From Botryllus schlosseri (lineage: Eukaryota), in NCBI GenBank assembly GCA_051294905.1, contig CM119372.1, positions 7,752,001 to 7,816,000 of the forward strand: DNA of 64,000 bases, given 5' to 3'. This document shows, one piece after another, positions 39,501 to 56,699 of this stretch (within the stretch, counting starts at the first letter, position 1; every line of letters begins with the position of its first letter). The notes beneath the pieces are model-generated. The model was not told the origin of the DNA, made no database searches, and was given only the letters and a program-made list of their open reading frames with translations. The translations under genes were made by a program, and so were the position numbers.

Positions 39501-40230
39501 TATATTAATTGCGACCCCGGCTAGTGGGACTTTGGCGTCTAGCTTGCCGCCCAACTGCAACACTGGATCGGACGCGGGCACTACTGGTTCGGCCACCTTG
39601 AATTTAAACCAAGCCAAGACCGTCAGTATCAACGTGGCTAGGGTGCAGACGCCTTCGAGCGGTGTGGGTCAGATTTTTACGCTACAGCAGCACCCCGACG
39701 GAAATATCGGGACGTTGACTGTGTCGGGATCGCCCCAGCAGGCCGCGCACCACGCGGGATCTACTTGGGTCTCTGCCGGCTCTGGCCCGAATATTTTAAA
39801 ACTGGGGCCTCACGGCGCTCAAACGGGCATCCAGATACATCCGGTCACGGCCGGTTTTAAGATGGGTCCCAGCAACAAGTCGCTGACTGTCATTTCGAAA
39901 CGTCCGCGCGTTCAGCAGGCCAGCGTCAACGCGACTCGCGCGATAAACATAGCAACTTCGAGACAGCTAGCCGCTAATCATTCCAAAGTCGGTGCAGTTC
40001 CGTCTCATATCACGCTGATACCGGACAGCCGGTCGGGGCATGCGTCAAAACCATTGATTTCTTTCGCGCCGAAGAACAACCCGGCCGTCGTGATATCGAA
40101 GAGCGTGCCGATGGAGTCTGCGTTGGACAGCCAGGCAACGTCGGCGGCTCAATCGGAAAGCGTGGCTGTTTCGGATAATCCAGGTTTGAACAGCAGCGCG
40201 AAAAACGGTCAGCCCATGGAAGTGACGTGA
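21596..40230 (+). CDS. EPC1: Enhancer of polycomb homolog (NuA4/TIP60 subunit), about 16 exons
   Basis: Exons 21596-21748 (MSKLSFRARALD..RAVPQMPTGMEKEEES), 25143-25299 (EHHLQRAISAQQVYG), 30282-30445 (PDYDMDSDDE), 30588-30707, 31533-31619 (YVAFRRRTEKMQTRK), 31675-31823 (NRKNDEASYEKMLKLRRDL), 32443-~32619, further exons to ~33604, 36692 onward (RVGRGGRIMLDRA), and a long last exon ~38594-40230 ending PMEVT*. Confidence 0.93.
22226..23357. mobile_element. Non-autonomous DNA transposon with tandem-repeat TIRs and a CCCTAA-rich array (Mutator-like, tentative)
   Basis: CAGTGAACTCGGCCCTCGGTGAATTC / GAATTCACTGAGGGCCGAGTTCAC ends; internal AACCCTAA repeats; paralogue at 56764-58976. Confidence 0.7.
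23604..24054. mobile_element. hAT-type MITE
   Basis: Same family as 1260-1672; perfect 8-bp TSD CACAGTAC at 23596-23603 and 24055-24062. Confidence 0.85.
25801..26975 (+). mobile_element. Nested non-autonomous hAT element
   Basis: TIR TAGGGCGATTTTTTT...AAAAAAATCGCCCTA; 8-bp TSD ATTATTAG; relic TTAAVERSFSILDKLL. Confidence 0.9.
26317..26594 (+). mobile_element. tRNA-derived SINE
   Basis: A-box-like TAGCGCAGTGG, B-box GGTTCGATTCC, (CAAA)n-like tail, 15-bp TSD ACACTTTCTACCCGA. Confidence 0.85.
32857..33095. repeat. Inverted pair of PLE-derived 3' fragments with hammerhead-like cores, in an EPC intron
   Basis: 32857-32985 is a diverged reverse complement of 1035-1158; 33007 onward reads CTGACGAGTGTCACACGAAAATCTTTGGG. 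Confidence 0.55.
34053..34309 (+). mobile_element. tRNA-derived SINE (second copy)
   Basis: Collinear with 26317-26594; TSD AGCTCAAT at 34045-34052 and 34310-34317. Confidence 0.8.
34745..36289. mobile_element. hAT-type non-autonomous element
   Basis: CAGGCGCGTAGCCAG...CTGGCTACGCGCCTG; 8-bp TSD GTCACACT at 34737-34744 and 36290-36297; internal tandem duplication. Confidence 0.9.
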
Positions 40231-41074
40231 ACGCTTTGGCGGGCATGTTGTGATCGGCGCGAATTTCTTTATTTTGCAATTGTTACATTATTCAATTTAT
40301 TCTTTTCTCACCTTAACGATCTGATTTTTTACACTCTATATTTTCTCACTATGTGTTTGTGTCGCTCGTGTTTTGTGTTTGCCAAATCTGTTACGTGTTC
40401 TACCGGGACGGTTATGTCGGTTGTGCGTATCGAATCGAAACCGCGTTATTTGTGCGGCCGTCTGGCCTTCATGTATGTCTGTAATGTTTCGTGTGTTGTC
40501 TGTTATATATTTTGTCGCTTTGAGATATCCCGATCGGACTTGGGCAACTGGGTAATTCTAGATGTCTAGTACAGCGAAATGCTGGTAGTTCGAAATGCTT
40601 CTATTCTTAAATTTTAATTCTAATCTAATTTAGAATCGCTGAAAACTGATTTTCCTGTTGTCCAAGTCTGACCCTGATGTTGCGTAGCTACCGTACTCCT
40701 GTTCCCTTCCTCGGTAGGGTGCGATTTGTTTATTGGCACCTGCAGTGTTTTGGGGTCACCCGACTTTGAAGGAGTCTGATATGTTAACGCTTCCCGTGCA
40801 GTTTTTACTGTTGTCTGTCTGCGCGGTAACCGACGACTTTGCGAAGATGAGTTGTGTGAATAATGTTCTCGATCGGTTCTTAGACGTTTACCCGTGTTTC
40901 TAACCACAAACCCGGAATGTTTTGTCGTGGCCGAGGCACGGAGAGTTTTGTGGGGTGCCGTGTTTGGTGGCTGCACAAAATTTTCCGTGCCTTGGCGTTG
41001 ATTTATAATACACGTTGTCGAAAGCAAGATGATGTTTCTGTGGTTTTTCCGCTAAGAGCGGGTAAGGGCTAGAG

Positions 41075-42561
41075 CAGCGGTTCTCAACCGGGGGTCCGCG
41101 GACCCCTAGGGGTCCGCGAAGCAATTTCAGGGGGTCCGCGAGACCTCAATTTTTTTTAAATGGTTGATAACCTAATTTTTATTTTTTATTTTTTTTAATT
41201 TGAGAAAGCATGAGGCAGTTTCGCGCCACAACTGCTAAAACCTCATGACTCATATCATCATCATAATCGTCTGACATGAACTATCGTAGTGTGGAAATTC
41301 ATTTTCATTGCCAATTTTCCCATAACCTGCTGATACAAATGTATTGCTGTTTAGAGACGTTTTGTGGGGGTTTGTGGAAAAAATAATATCGAGATAGTAA
41401 CGTCAATCAGGGTGACTTCTTGATGTCTGTGAAACCTTCTCGATTTGAGGTTCTCAGTCTCATCAAGTTAGTAAACAGTCGTTTGAAATGAGAATTTCCG
41501 AAGTATTTCCCTGATTTGTCGCAATGCAGAGATTGAAACCTCGCCCCGAAATCCATTTTTTCCCGTGATATCCATAACCACGATTTGAACCGCTTCTTGG
41601 AGGTACAGAACTTCAGTTTACAATTGAATAGTATATTCATATTGGAATGGACCCGAATATTTTCGGTTGACATTGGTCATAAATCGGACAATGATATAGG
41701 CTACCTGCTCTTAAAGCTCGGCTGTCTGATTTGGCGCATTTTCATTGCGGATGCCCTATCGACAAGGCTGGTTTTTTGATGAGCAAGAAGTGTTTCGTTG
41801 CTATCAAAGCATTACGCTCCAACCCTGAAATTCATAGCACCAGTTATATTGGTACGCAGGCTTGTCTTGTTGTTGTTTAATTGTTCATGGTCGAAAATGT
41901 TTGATCGTAAATATATACGTAGACCCGAACAAAACAAGTCGTTTCATGACAGTCTTTCTCGGGTTGGAAAACTTGGATCCATTCTTTGGCGCATAAAATT
42001 TGTCTGTACTTTTAGATAAGTATTTCACTTTGAAGGTGGAAACTCTCTGCGTGCCGATCAAAATGCCGTCGCGGCCCGCGGTCCGTATATTGCCCGCCCC
42101 TGCGCTAGATCCTGGACGTGATATGTTCATAAAATATATGTCTCTTCATTTTGGTGCCATAAATGTTGCGATCACACCAAAAGTATCGTCGTAAGCGTTA
42201 TGCGTTAATATTGCATTAGCCTCCATTTATCTGTGCGGAAATGGTTTTCGGCACTCCTCGTTCATAACAAAACGAAGACACGGATTTTCAAGACACGACC
42301 ACGTACCTCATGAAATACAGCAGCAAAATTAGCTTTGAAATAATAAAAGTCTACCAATTTCTACATAAGTAGTATGAAGTTATTTTCATGAAAAAAAAAC
42401 ATCATTTTGCTGTTCATCGCAAGCCTACAGTTCATATTTGCACAATACAGACGAAGGTTGCACCACAATAGAGCTAAAATTGATCCCAAACTTGAGGGGG
42501 TCCGCGAGGGTCCGTGACGGTCAAAAGGGGTCCGCGAAGCCAAAAAGGTTGAGAACCACTG
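41075..42561. mobile_element. Charlie-like hAT element (same family as 33960-36578, opposite orientation)
   Basis: CAGCGGTTCTCAACC...GGTTGAGAACCACTG; 8-bp TSD GGCTAGAG; contains a PLE-derived fragment at ~41590-41680 (-). Confidence 0.88.
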
Positions 42562-44566
42562 GGCTAGAGAAATGTCGGTTCAAGGATGGATCTTCATGGG
42601 GCGTTTGAATGGCGATGCCGCTGTAGCTTAGCGGTCACACCTTTGGTCTCAAGTTCGATTCCGACTGGCTTTTTCCCGAGTAAACACGGGTGAACGGATT
42701 TAGTATACTCAAGTCAAAGAGGGGAGTTGAATCATTTGCGGTGACTAGAGTCCGGTCAGGTCATTTAGAAAGTTGACTCGGGCCATCTCGAGTCCGTTTA
42801 TTGGTAATCATAATCAGTGGTTCTTCTGTCCGCTCAAGACACCCAATGTAGCCCACAGTTTGATAGGCAAGACGAAAACGCGACGAACTGAACAGATAGG
42901 AGGATGTGGAAGAGGCCAAGTATGATCTCTCAATCTAACATCCACCTTGCCTGCACTTCCTTGTCCAGCGGCATATGCACATCCTGCACTCATGGTATGC
43001 ATATGCACAGATCGCGTGTATGCGTATCATGAATCAGTGTATATGCCGCAAAACATCAAGGACAAAAATAAACTACGTCCTTTCCGGCTCTACTTCCGGA
43101 TATCTATAGATGTCAGTCAGGGTTTTGGAGCCGCAGCTCTACATAAAATTCAGGTGGGGCTGGAGCCGGTTGTATGATCATTATAGTAGCTCCGGCTTCG
43201 ATGTATTTCATAAGATGCTATGTTTTATTGGTGATTGAATTTTCGCATTTTACGATAATCGTTCAAAAAATTAAGATCTGTTGCCTCGTTAGCACCACTT
43301 TTTCTAACTAACCAGTAACCATGTTCATTGTTCATACATAGGCGCCAAACCTAGGTAGGCTGGATTTGCCGCGCATACTCCGCAATTTTTGTATTATAGG
43401 TATAGTCAGGGCCGTAGCAGCACTTCGTCAGCCCCCCCAAAAAACTTTGGTCTTGGGCCCCCCATAGGGTTATAGACCGAACTTCTGGGGTGCTTCGCCC
43501 CCCAGACCCCCCCTCCGGCGATACACTGTTTACCACTATTCATCTTAAACTTTGGGACTTTGTTTAGTCAATCAGTTTATGTCGCCGAAGCGCGGAAAAT
43601 TTATGATTTCATCAGTCAGTATGATCGGGAATTGCGTATTTGTTATCAATTTTTATCTTCTCTCTGCTGACGTAATCAGATTTGCCGGCAGAGCTGAGTG
43701 AGGTGTGTTTGAAAAGGTAGGACCACTCAATAATAATTAAACAGCACCTCGTCAGGCACCCAGCACTTTGTTCGCGTTTGTCACGAAATGAACTGTACTG
43801 TATTGTGAGCCGAGCGAAAGCGAGGCGCGAAAATTTTCGATAATTTGTGATAAAATCGGTCAATCAGATCGGTGATTGCATATATATTATGCTATCAATT
43901 TATTGTCCTCTCTATACTCACTTAATTAGATTTACCGGTTGAGCTGAGTGAAGTGTCTTGAAAACGGGAGGGCCCGTAAATATTGATTAAACATCTTCGG
44001 GCGGGCGGACCCGTTGATATGACTTCGTTATGGTGTTATTTCGTGACTTCCAGTCTGCTATATCAAAAAATATAGAATCGCCCAAACGTAGGCTTCTAAA
44101 CTAAGAGACGCACACGATTTCAAATTGGTATTTCTTCACTGGCATAAAATTTTCCCCAGCGGGATGGTAATTGTCTCGTGAGGTTCAGATTGCAAAGACA
44201 GGAACATTCGGCGCCAGTCATTCAGGCGCCTATGGACATTGTGCGACCGAGCATCAAAAGTGTAAATTAGAAACTAAAAAAGAACAATGGCAAGTTTATT
44301 AAAATCATATGTGCGCTTCGGGCGGCAGTGTAAACAAATTCTGCGACCACGAGTATGCGATTCAAATTCAAGAACAAGCGGGAATACAGAATAAATAATA
44401 CAGAGCACAGTCACAGATGAAGTTTGCCTTCCTTGAGTATTATTTTCAAATCACTCGGAAGCCTGTACTTGCCGCGAGCTAGTCTCCATCGTTGCGCTCA
44501 TGATAACGAAGGAATGGCTGGGCTCTGTTTACTATGGTTCCATGGCGTTTCTCTATCTTCCGAATT

Positions 44567-44901
44567 GTTGTTTGTGGTATTCATGGTGTTTATCAACTGC
44601 TATGGTCATTTACACCAGGCCAATTTTCTTCATTTTTCATCTCGTAGATGCCGACTTGTAGCACAGCGCACTTCTAGGCTTTTATAAAGATGCCGACTTG
44701 TAGCACAGCGCACTTCTAGGCTTTTATAATACACTGCTTACACGGATGAGGTGGCCATGAGGAGCCTAGATAAACCTCCAAGACGTAGGTAGGAATTCTG
44801 GAGTCGACCTCGGTCGGACTCGAACCCGCAACCCATTGGTGTTGGAGCTGTGGATTATACCACGACGCCGGGCCCACTACGCTTTCTCGCCACCGGCCAC
44901 A
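44567..44901 (-). mobile_element. tRNA-derived SINE (third copy) with an internal ~42-bp tandem duplication
   Basis: Reverse complement of the SINE family; B-box GGTTCGAGTCC; 14-bp TSD CTATCTTCCGAATT at 44553-44566 and 44902-44915. Confidence 0.85.
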
Positions 44902-45875
44902 CTATCTTCCGAATTACAGACACGTTTTTCTAGTCGTGAGTAATACGCACAGTTCATTCTGTATTTAATCCGATGTACAAATATTTTATTCGATGACAAT
45001 AAATCATCACAAGACAAGCAGTCCGTCAATCATAAATTAGTGACAGACTCATTCGTCTGGCGTAAATGACAGCAACAGTCGACACGAGTGTCGTTAAGTT
45101 TTCGAAGGGCGCCGTCACCAAAACAAAAGTTTGGAAACAGCTCGTACAGATCGTTTTTGGTGCAGTTTCACTTCTTACGAGTTACGATTCGAGGTTGTAG
45201 AAATATGAATAACAACTTTGTTGTTGGTATTGCGGGATTCCTCAGAAGTGGCGAAAGTCATCGTTGGTTCTCGCTTCTCAAGTAGAAATCAGCCATAAAG
45301 TTTACCGGACCACGATCCGACATATCGATCTCGCCTTCCGTCACATGCCACCTCATTTTGTCGCTTGTCCTTTCATATCATATTCATTTACTTTTCATTC
45401 AGTGTGCCTGTGCATGTCTGCTCTTTACATAGCCTAGGCCCGGGTGGGTGTCTGATTTCAAATACTACTCCAAGTCGTTTCGTCACCTTCCTATCTTTTT
45501 CAGTATCCATAACCAAGTAAGCATGAAGAAGTATTCTGAGCCCAGTCTTGGCAACAAAAACTAAATTCTGTTGAGTAGATGTAGTCCAAAACCATAACCA
45601 CTTGCCTAAGCACTGAAAGTAGGCAAATCCTGAATTGTCGGACCCACAACAACACAGCACAAGAGAAACCTTACGAGACATGTCTATGATTGTATTAAAA
45701 AATGCCAACGAGGCCAACCGTGTAAAAAGCAGCACCACGACAGTAAGCGTACAAAATTTGGCAGAGACATCCAGATGGAGTGACAGTGAAGAAGCTAGGA
45801 ACTCCCGTAAGAACGCGAAAATCAACGAAAAACGACGCAATCCGAAAGTATCAAGGTGAAGCGTCTTGCGATGAT

Positions 45876-51133
<5,258 letters not shown>

Positions 51134-52570
51134 AAAATATCAATCCATAAATAATTTCAATTGGCCGAGTACTGAAGCACATAACAGAATAAATATAGGA
51201 TATAGCGTTAACGGTCTCTAACTGTCAGACCTACACGACTGACGCATATTATAGATGTATAATAGGGTGCGAAAAAACATGCAAAAATAACGTTGTGGGA
51301 ATGGGAATGTTGCCTAGTGAAAAGATGTAGACTTTTCTGGGAACAACGCTGAACTTTCAGCAGCACCAAACAATTATTCTATGGCCTACCCCTCCGGATT
51401 ATCTACATCAGGGTAGTCCAAGACTTATGAGTATCAAGTAGGGCCTACAGGAATAGAGACAACTGTGATGTATATTAAAGAATTCTAGATGCTCTCTGCT
51501 TATTTCAGACTTAAAGTACGATTATCTACTGGTGAAGGCAACATATAGGTTACACATCATCTTAGTTTACAGGAATCGATCACCAATTGTTGCTAATATT
51601 GGGAATAAGTCTCATTTATATGCAATGGTCGACAGCCACGAGTATTTTTTTAGTCAAAAGCGACTGAAAAGCTACACACGGAGCATGACTCTGAGATAAC
51701 TGGAAGAAAAAAGTCCAGGCCCATTTTCAAAGTTGTCAGTTGTCGCTAATCGCAATTAATGGTGTGAAAACTGTGAGTACTATCATTGCTAGGGTTTGGA
51801 CCACCCTGACCTACATAGCCGAGCTAGTACTTTTGCACGTGACAAATATTTGAACAACATGACAATTTCAAAAAGAAATTTCGACCTAGTACAATTTCAG
51901 CAATATAACAGTCTACAAATCTACACCACCTTAGGTTAATTCGCTCAAGGATTCTATGTTAGTATCAGCACACAAGATAAAGAAATTCATAGTCAGGGAT
52001 CTATGCATCATGAAAGTTCAACTTCATGAAAATATATAGAAGCACAGCAGATCACTTTTACTATTAGGTCACATTTATCAGGTTTACCCAGACAATGTGT
52101 AAACACTAGTCGATAGGCGCGACTATTCATAACTACTGTATCCAAACAATAGCAAATAACGACATGATTCAGAAATTGCACAAAACAACATTGCAGCGTG
52201 TGTGTGACCAACTGCATGCAGCAGCATACGTCCCAAGCATTCAGTCTTAACCCCGTGAAGTAAAACATATTCTTTGGATCAAATCACAGGCTCCATATAT
52301 ATCGAGTGCTAACAACGAAAATCTCCAAGCAAGACTGATCTCCTTCAAGATTAACAAGCATCAGAAATGCGCCGATCCGATTTTCAACCTAGCTTACGAG
52401 TCCATCGCAATTTTTGAATGTCACATCAAATTTTGTTAATCACTAAAAGTCAAAAGTCAACTTGAAACATATCCGCGCAAAGCAGCATCCCAGCGAGGAA
52501 TTCTCACAATCTAAATATATCCCACCAACACCAAATGACTCTACCGCCAGACTGACAGTATTCACGACAG

Positions 52571-53821
52571 TTATGACCGCACTTGAAATCTGCCCGCCTT
52601 CGTAATATACTTCACACCCTTGAAGGGTTTATATTTCTCCCCGTACATATCCAATCGGTTGACTCTGACACCAGACACGCAAAGCTGCTGCACTTTGAAA
52701 GTAATGGCTAAGGTCGGTTTCTCTTCGGGCGCCGGTAACCCGGTCTGTATCGAAATAGATCCGCGTAGCGAAGGAGGCTTGCCCGCTGCGATAGCACCCA
52801 CAAACCAAGTCATGACTTTATCGACTTGGTCATACATATAATGCCCTTGGCTGGGGTTGAGATTGAGGCTTGTGACTTGACTCGGCATCGGTGCTTTCAC
52901 GATCACGTCCTCGATAGTCTTACCCATCGTCTGTCTCGGCCCGACCACTATTTCGAATTTACCGCCTGTGCCCGCGTACTGAATATTGTGCCGCACGTAA
53001 ATCGGAATCGCCACTACACTCTGCGCGCTGACTTGATATGAACAAAGCTGGAAAGCGCCATCAGGCGGAATGAAAGAAAATACTCTTTCGCTTTCCCATC
53101 GCTTCAAACGTATGCACGGATGTAAGCTCACATCATCAAGAAGCCGTGGGTTGACAAATGACAGCGTTAAGTCCGGCATTCCAGACAGCTTAATGCTAGC
53201 TTCGATGGTACCCTGAATTTCAGCAAATATTGTCGAACCAGAACGATCAATGATACAATCGATTTCTTCGGTAACATCAAAATATGCTTCGTTACTTGTG
53301 TATTTAACACCTTGTCGGCGCCAAGGTACGTTGGATAATTGCCCCGTTGGCAATGTGTCTGCAACATTACTTTGTCCGGTAACAGTGTTGACTACGCTTC
53401 TTAAGATATTCGGTGGTTTGATCAACTCTTTCAACACGTTACTTTCGGTCGCTAACGGGAAACCGTTGTCCAACATTTCTTCTAAAAGCTCATAAACGAC
53501 AACATAGTTTTCTTTGATGGTAGTCTCTGTGCATTCGTCAAAGTATTCCGTGAATGTGTCGACAATGCGATGTAGGAACTCGATCACAAACAGTGGCTGC
53601 GTCTCCTTGCTTACAATAGCGACGAAATGAAGTCTGTCTCGCAAGATATTGATCAAGTAATGATGAGGGGTGGGTATTATGGGAGCTATGTCGCTGGGAC
53701 TTGAGGCTTTTTCTTGAATTTGAAAAAAGTAATCGCACACCGATCGCTTGATCGCCGTCTTCCAGTGCTTTTCCATGAAGATATCGCCGCGAGAATTTAT
53801 CATGAACAGACTATGAATCAT
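52571..53821 (-). CDS. AP3M1: AP-3 complex subunit mu, intronless CDS
   Basis: MIHSLFMINSRGDIFMEKHWK..., EEMLDNGFPLATESNVLKELIKPP, VPWRRQGVKYTSNEAYFD, SFIPPDG, YKPFKGVKYITKAGRFQVRS*; 416 aa. Confidence 0.97.
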   Translation of the reverse strand: MIHSLFMINSRGDIFMEKHWKTAIKRSVCDYFFQIQEKASSPSDIAPIIPTPHHYLINILRDRLHFVAIVSKETQPLFVIEFLHRIVDTFTEYFDECTETTIKENYVVVYELLEEMLDNGFPLATESNVLKELIKPPNILRSVVNTVTGQSNVADTLPTGQLSNVPWRRQGVKYTSNEAYFDVTEEIDCIIDRSGSTIFAEIQGTIEASIKLSGMPDLTLSFVNPRLLDDVSLHPCIRLKRWESERVFSFIPPDGAFQLCSYQVSAQSVVAIPIYVRHNIQYAGTGGKFEIVVGPRQTMGKTIEDVIVKAPMPSQVTSLNLNPSQGHYMYDQVDKVMTWFVGAIAAGKPPSLRGSISIQTGLPAPEEKPTLAITFKVQQLCVSGVRVNRLDMYGEKYKPFKGVKYITKAGRFQVRS

Positions 53822-54876
53822 GATTATTTTTTCGCAATTTTCTGCCTACTAATATCCTAAAAAACAAAGAAGAGCTTAAAGAATACAGTAACAAGAGTAT
53901 GAACGATACCAAACCATGAAAAAGTACAGAAGAAATTTTCGAAGACAAGATACTGTGAAATGTGACCTCCGCAGAGCAATCCAAAACAAAACTGGTACCT
54001 TCATTAAAAATTTAATATAGACTGATGACCAGGCCTCCTAAAATTCTATGTGATAACAAATTTTCAGCGCGACCATTATTATATTTTCGAATTTTGCCGA
54101 AAATGTCAATATAAACCAGAAAAAACCATGGGCAATGAAACTGATTGACACTGCCCAAGAGACATCTAGCAAAGACTATATTTATATAATATGTTTCTAG
54201 CTATCATCCACTTTGACAGCTGAGGCATGTGCGTCAGTGCGTGCCAATATCTTGATGTATGTGCCATGGACAGCAAGGAAAATTAGACTGTATGCTGACG
54301 CACGCAGTCTTAGAATTGAGGCACTTTCAGGATTAAAAAATCATTGATGTGTGGATGTGTTTATATAGCTCAGTGCTGTGTACATAATCTGGTGTGCACT
54401 TATTCCACATTCCAAATTTGAGAAATGCATTAACTATTTTTTCTTATTTGATACTCAGCACAAATTAGAGTTATTCTCATGTTGAGTCAAATTCAAGGAG
54501 GCCGGTCTATTACACGCTCAAGAAATTTCATACGGCAGCCGGTGTAGCGAACATATAATACACAGTAAAAAGAACGACTCGACTGAACAAAGGAAACCGA
54601 ATCAATGCGTTACACGAATCTTCGATAACATTGATAGCATAGTATCAGTTACTATTGCAGTGTCACCTCAGGGAATGTAGGGATAAAAATCTTGAAGTTT
54701 TCATCCCGAAAGAAGGTTCATCTGAACCCCGAAAGTGCCATCATGAAATTAAAATATAAATTTACAATACATATACACTGATACGCAAACGTTCTCGCTC
54801 AAGTTATCACTATTAAGGCATAAAAATAAATGTCACTATCTTTTATTCAGTGACATGGATTTCAAGATTAGAGGAA

Positions 54877-55623
54877 TTATGGTACATAGGCAGGCGGTGG
54901 TTCCGGCTCACTACCGTTACTCGGATAACTATCATTGCAATCATCTTCCGCCTCTTCCATTGCTTCCAGCAACTGTTCAGCCTGTTCTTCCTCTTCGGTT
55001 GGATATTGCCTCATGAGATTGGCGGCAGTCGCTAAAATCGCAATTCCACCCGCGGCAGTAGCTAAATAGATCCCGGTACCGAATGCGACTTCAATTTTAC
55101 TTCCAGGATATGGTTTATTGGCCATCTGAACTTCTTTGATTTCTTCAGAAGCCCAGAATGCGAAGCCAACAACTGTGGCCACATGTAAAACACACAAAAT
55201 ATACCCAATAGCGTATCTTTTCATGGATCGCCAAAACGGGCGTTTACGGGGTGATATCACATCCAAAACAAATGAATATAAACTGGATACGATGGCGAGG
55301 AAGCAGAACGTGACGACAACATGCAGGAGCATCAGAACTTGAGAATTTATGCAATATGAAAAATGATTTTTACCGGGTTCGCACGACAAAGATATTGACG
55401 ACAATGATAAATCTTCCATTGTCAACTTCCCAAAAAACATATTTAATCCAATGTAGGGCAAGCAGCATTTTCCGCCTCTCAATACGAACCATTCTGGTTC
55501 GACGAGACATGCACATAAGATTACCAGTGTTGCGGTTCCGAGGAAGGCTGAGAAAATGTTCATATTTCTGTGCTTTCCAGATATTCGGGCTCTAGACCGG
55601 CCATTTCTATGAGTCGAAAACAT
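54877..55623 (-). CDS. TMEM127: Transmembrane protein 127, intronless CDS
   Basis: 248 aa with several hydrophobic helices, LC..LVEP.WF motif, AILATAANLMRQYPTEEEEQA and a C-terminal PPPAYxP PY motif. Confidence 0.9.
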   Translation of the reverse strand: MFSTHRNGRSRARISGKHRNMNIFSAFLGTATLVILCACLVEPEWFVLRGGKCCLPYIGLNMFFGKLTMEDLSLSSISLSCEPGKNHFSYCINSQVLMLLHVVVTFCFLAIVSSLYSFVLDVISPRKRPFWRSMKRYAIGYILCVLHVATVVGFAFWASEEIKEVQMANKPYPGSKIEVAFGTGIYLATAAGGIAILATAANLMRQYPTEEEEQAEQLLEAMEEAEDDCNDSYPSNGSEPEPPPAYVP

Positions 55624-56699
55624 CTTCTTGTATTCTATTCGGAAATTTCTCGTATCAGCTTCACCAAGTTAGATCTCACGCGATTAGCTAATCATCCACA
55701 ACTATAAAATCTCAAGAGCCGAAAAATATAACAACGAAACCAAAGTTTCTACTACCGATTAAAAAATCAACGTCACTAAAATGTAGTGCGCTCGGCAAAC
55801 CGTGCTCAAGTGATCATGTATAACATTTATTTGGTGATTGGAGTTAAAGAAATAATGATACACGGAAAATATAGTCATGATGCAGGTATGCATTTTCATT
55901 TTTATCAATTTTTTTTAAGACGAAAGGATCAATCAATCAGGTTTATTAATATTTTCATCGTTTCAAAAACATCACAAGACTGCGATACAATGAAAAGATA
56001 GGAAGGTGTCGAAACAGCTTGGAGTAGAATTTAAGATCAGACACCCACCTTAGCCTAGGCGAAATAAATAAGAGGCATTCACACTGAATGAAAAGTAATG
56101 CAGAGAATATAAGACGCAAGCGACAAAATGAGGTGGTATGTGGCGGAGGACGAGGTCGATGTTAGGTCGTGGTCCGTGATCCTGAAGACTGGCTAATATT
56201 CATTTAGAATGAAATTGCTTGTATTTCGACTTTAATGCGGACATGCTCGACGACTGTCGGATAGCCGGCGAGATGCAGTTCCACAATACTTGATATAGCA
56301 ATGCGTTTTATTGTATTCAGTCCTGATCATATGGTAGTTGTTCTTCGTTGATGAAAGTGAATAATCATGTAAATGAAATATGAGAACATATTGGGAATGG
56401 CAGTATCGCGACATGTAAGTGCAAGACAGATTAGTAAATGAAAATTCGAATATGGCTGTTAAAATCCGCTGGCAAGTCTCTCTCTCTCTCACACACTCTC
56501 TTCGCTTTTCTCACTCTCTCTCATTTTGTGTTTTCATTTGCTGATCGCAGCACTTCTGTTTCTGATCAGCTCTAAAGTCCAAATGGACATAAATACAAAT
56601 CAATCCTTGCTTTTTCCTCTCGCAGTATCCTATCATAATCCAGAGAAGTGAGTTGCTGCTCATTCGGTTCCGCGAATCAATCTTTTGAAGAATAACGAG

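Noticed and set aside
42617..42670. Possible tRNA gene (GCCGCTGTAGCTTAGCGG...GTTCGATTCC)
   Set aside because: Too short for a cloverleaf; more likely a decayed SINE head.
45388..45840. 150-aa hydrophobic ORF downstream of CDK2
   Set aside because: Non-ATG start, lies in the probable CDK2 3' UTR, and runs into a dispersed repeat.
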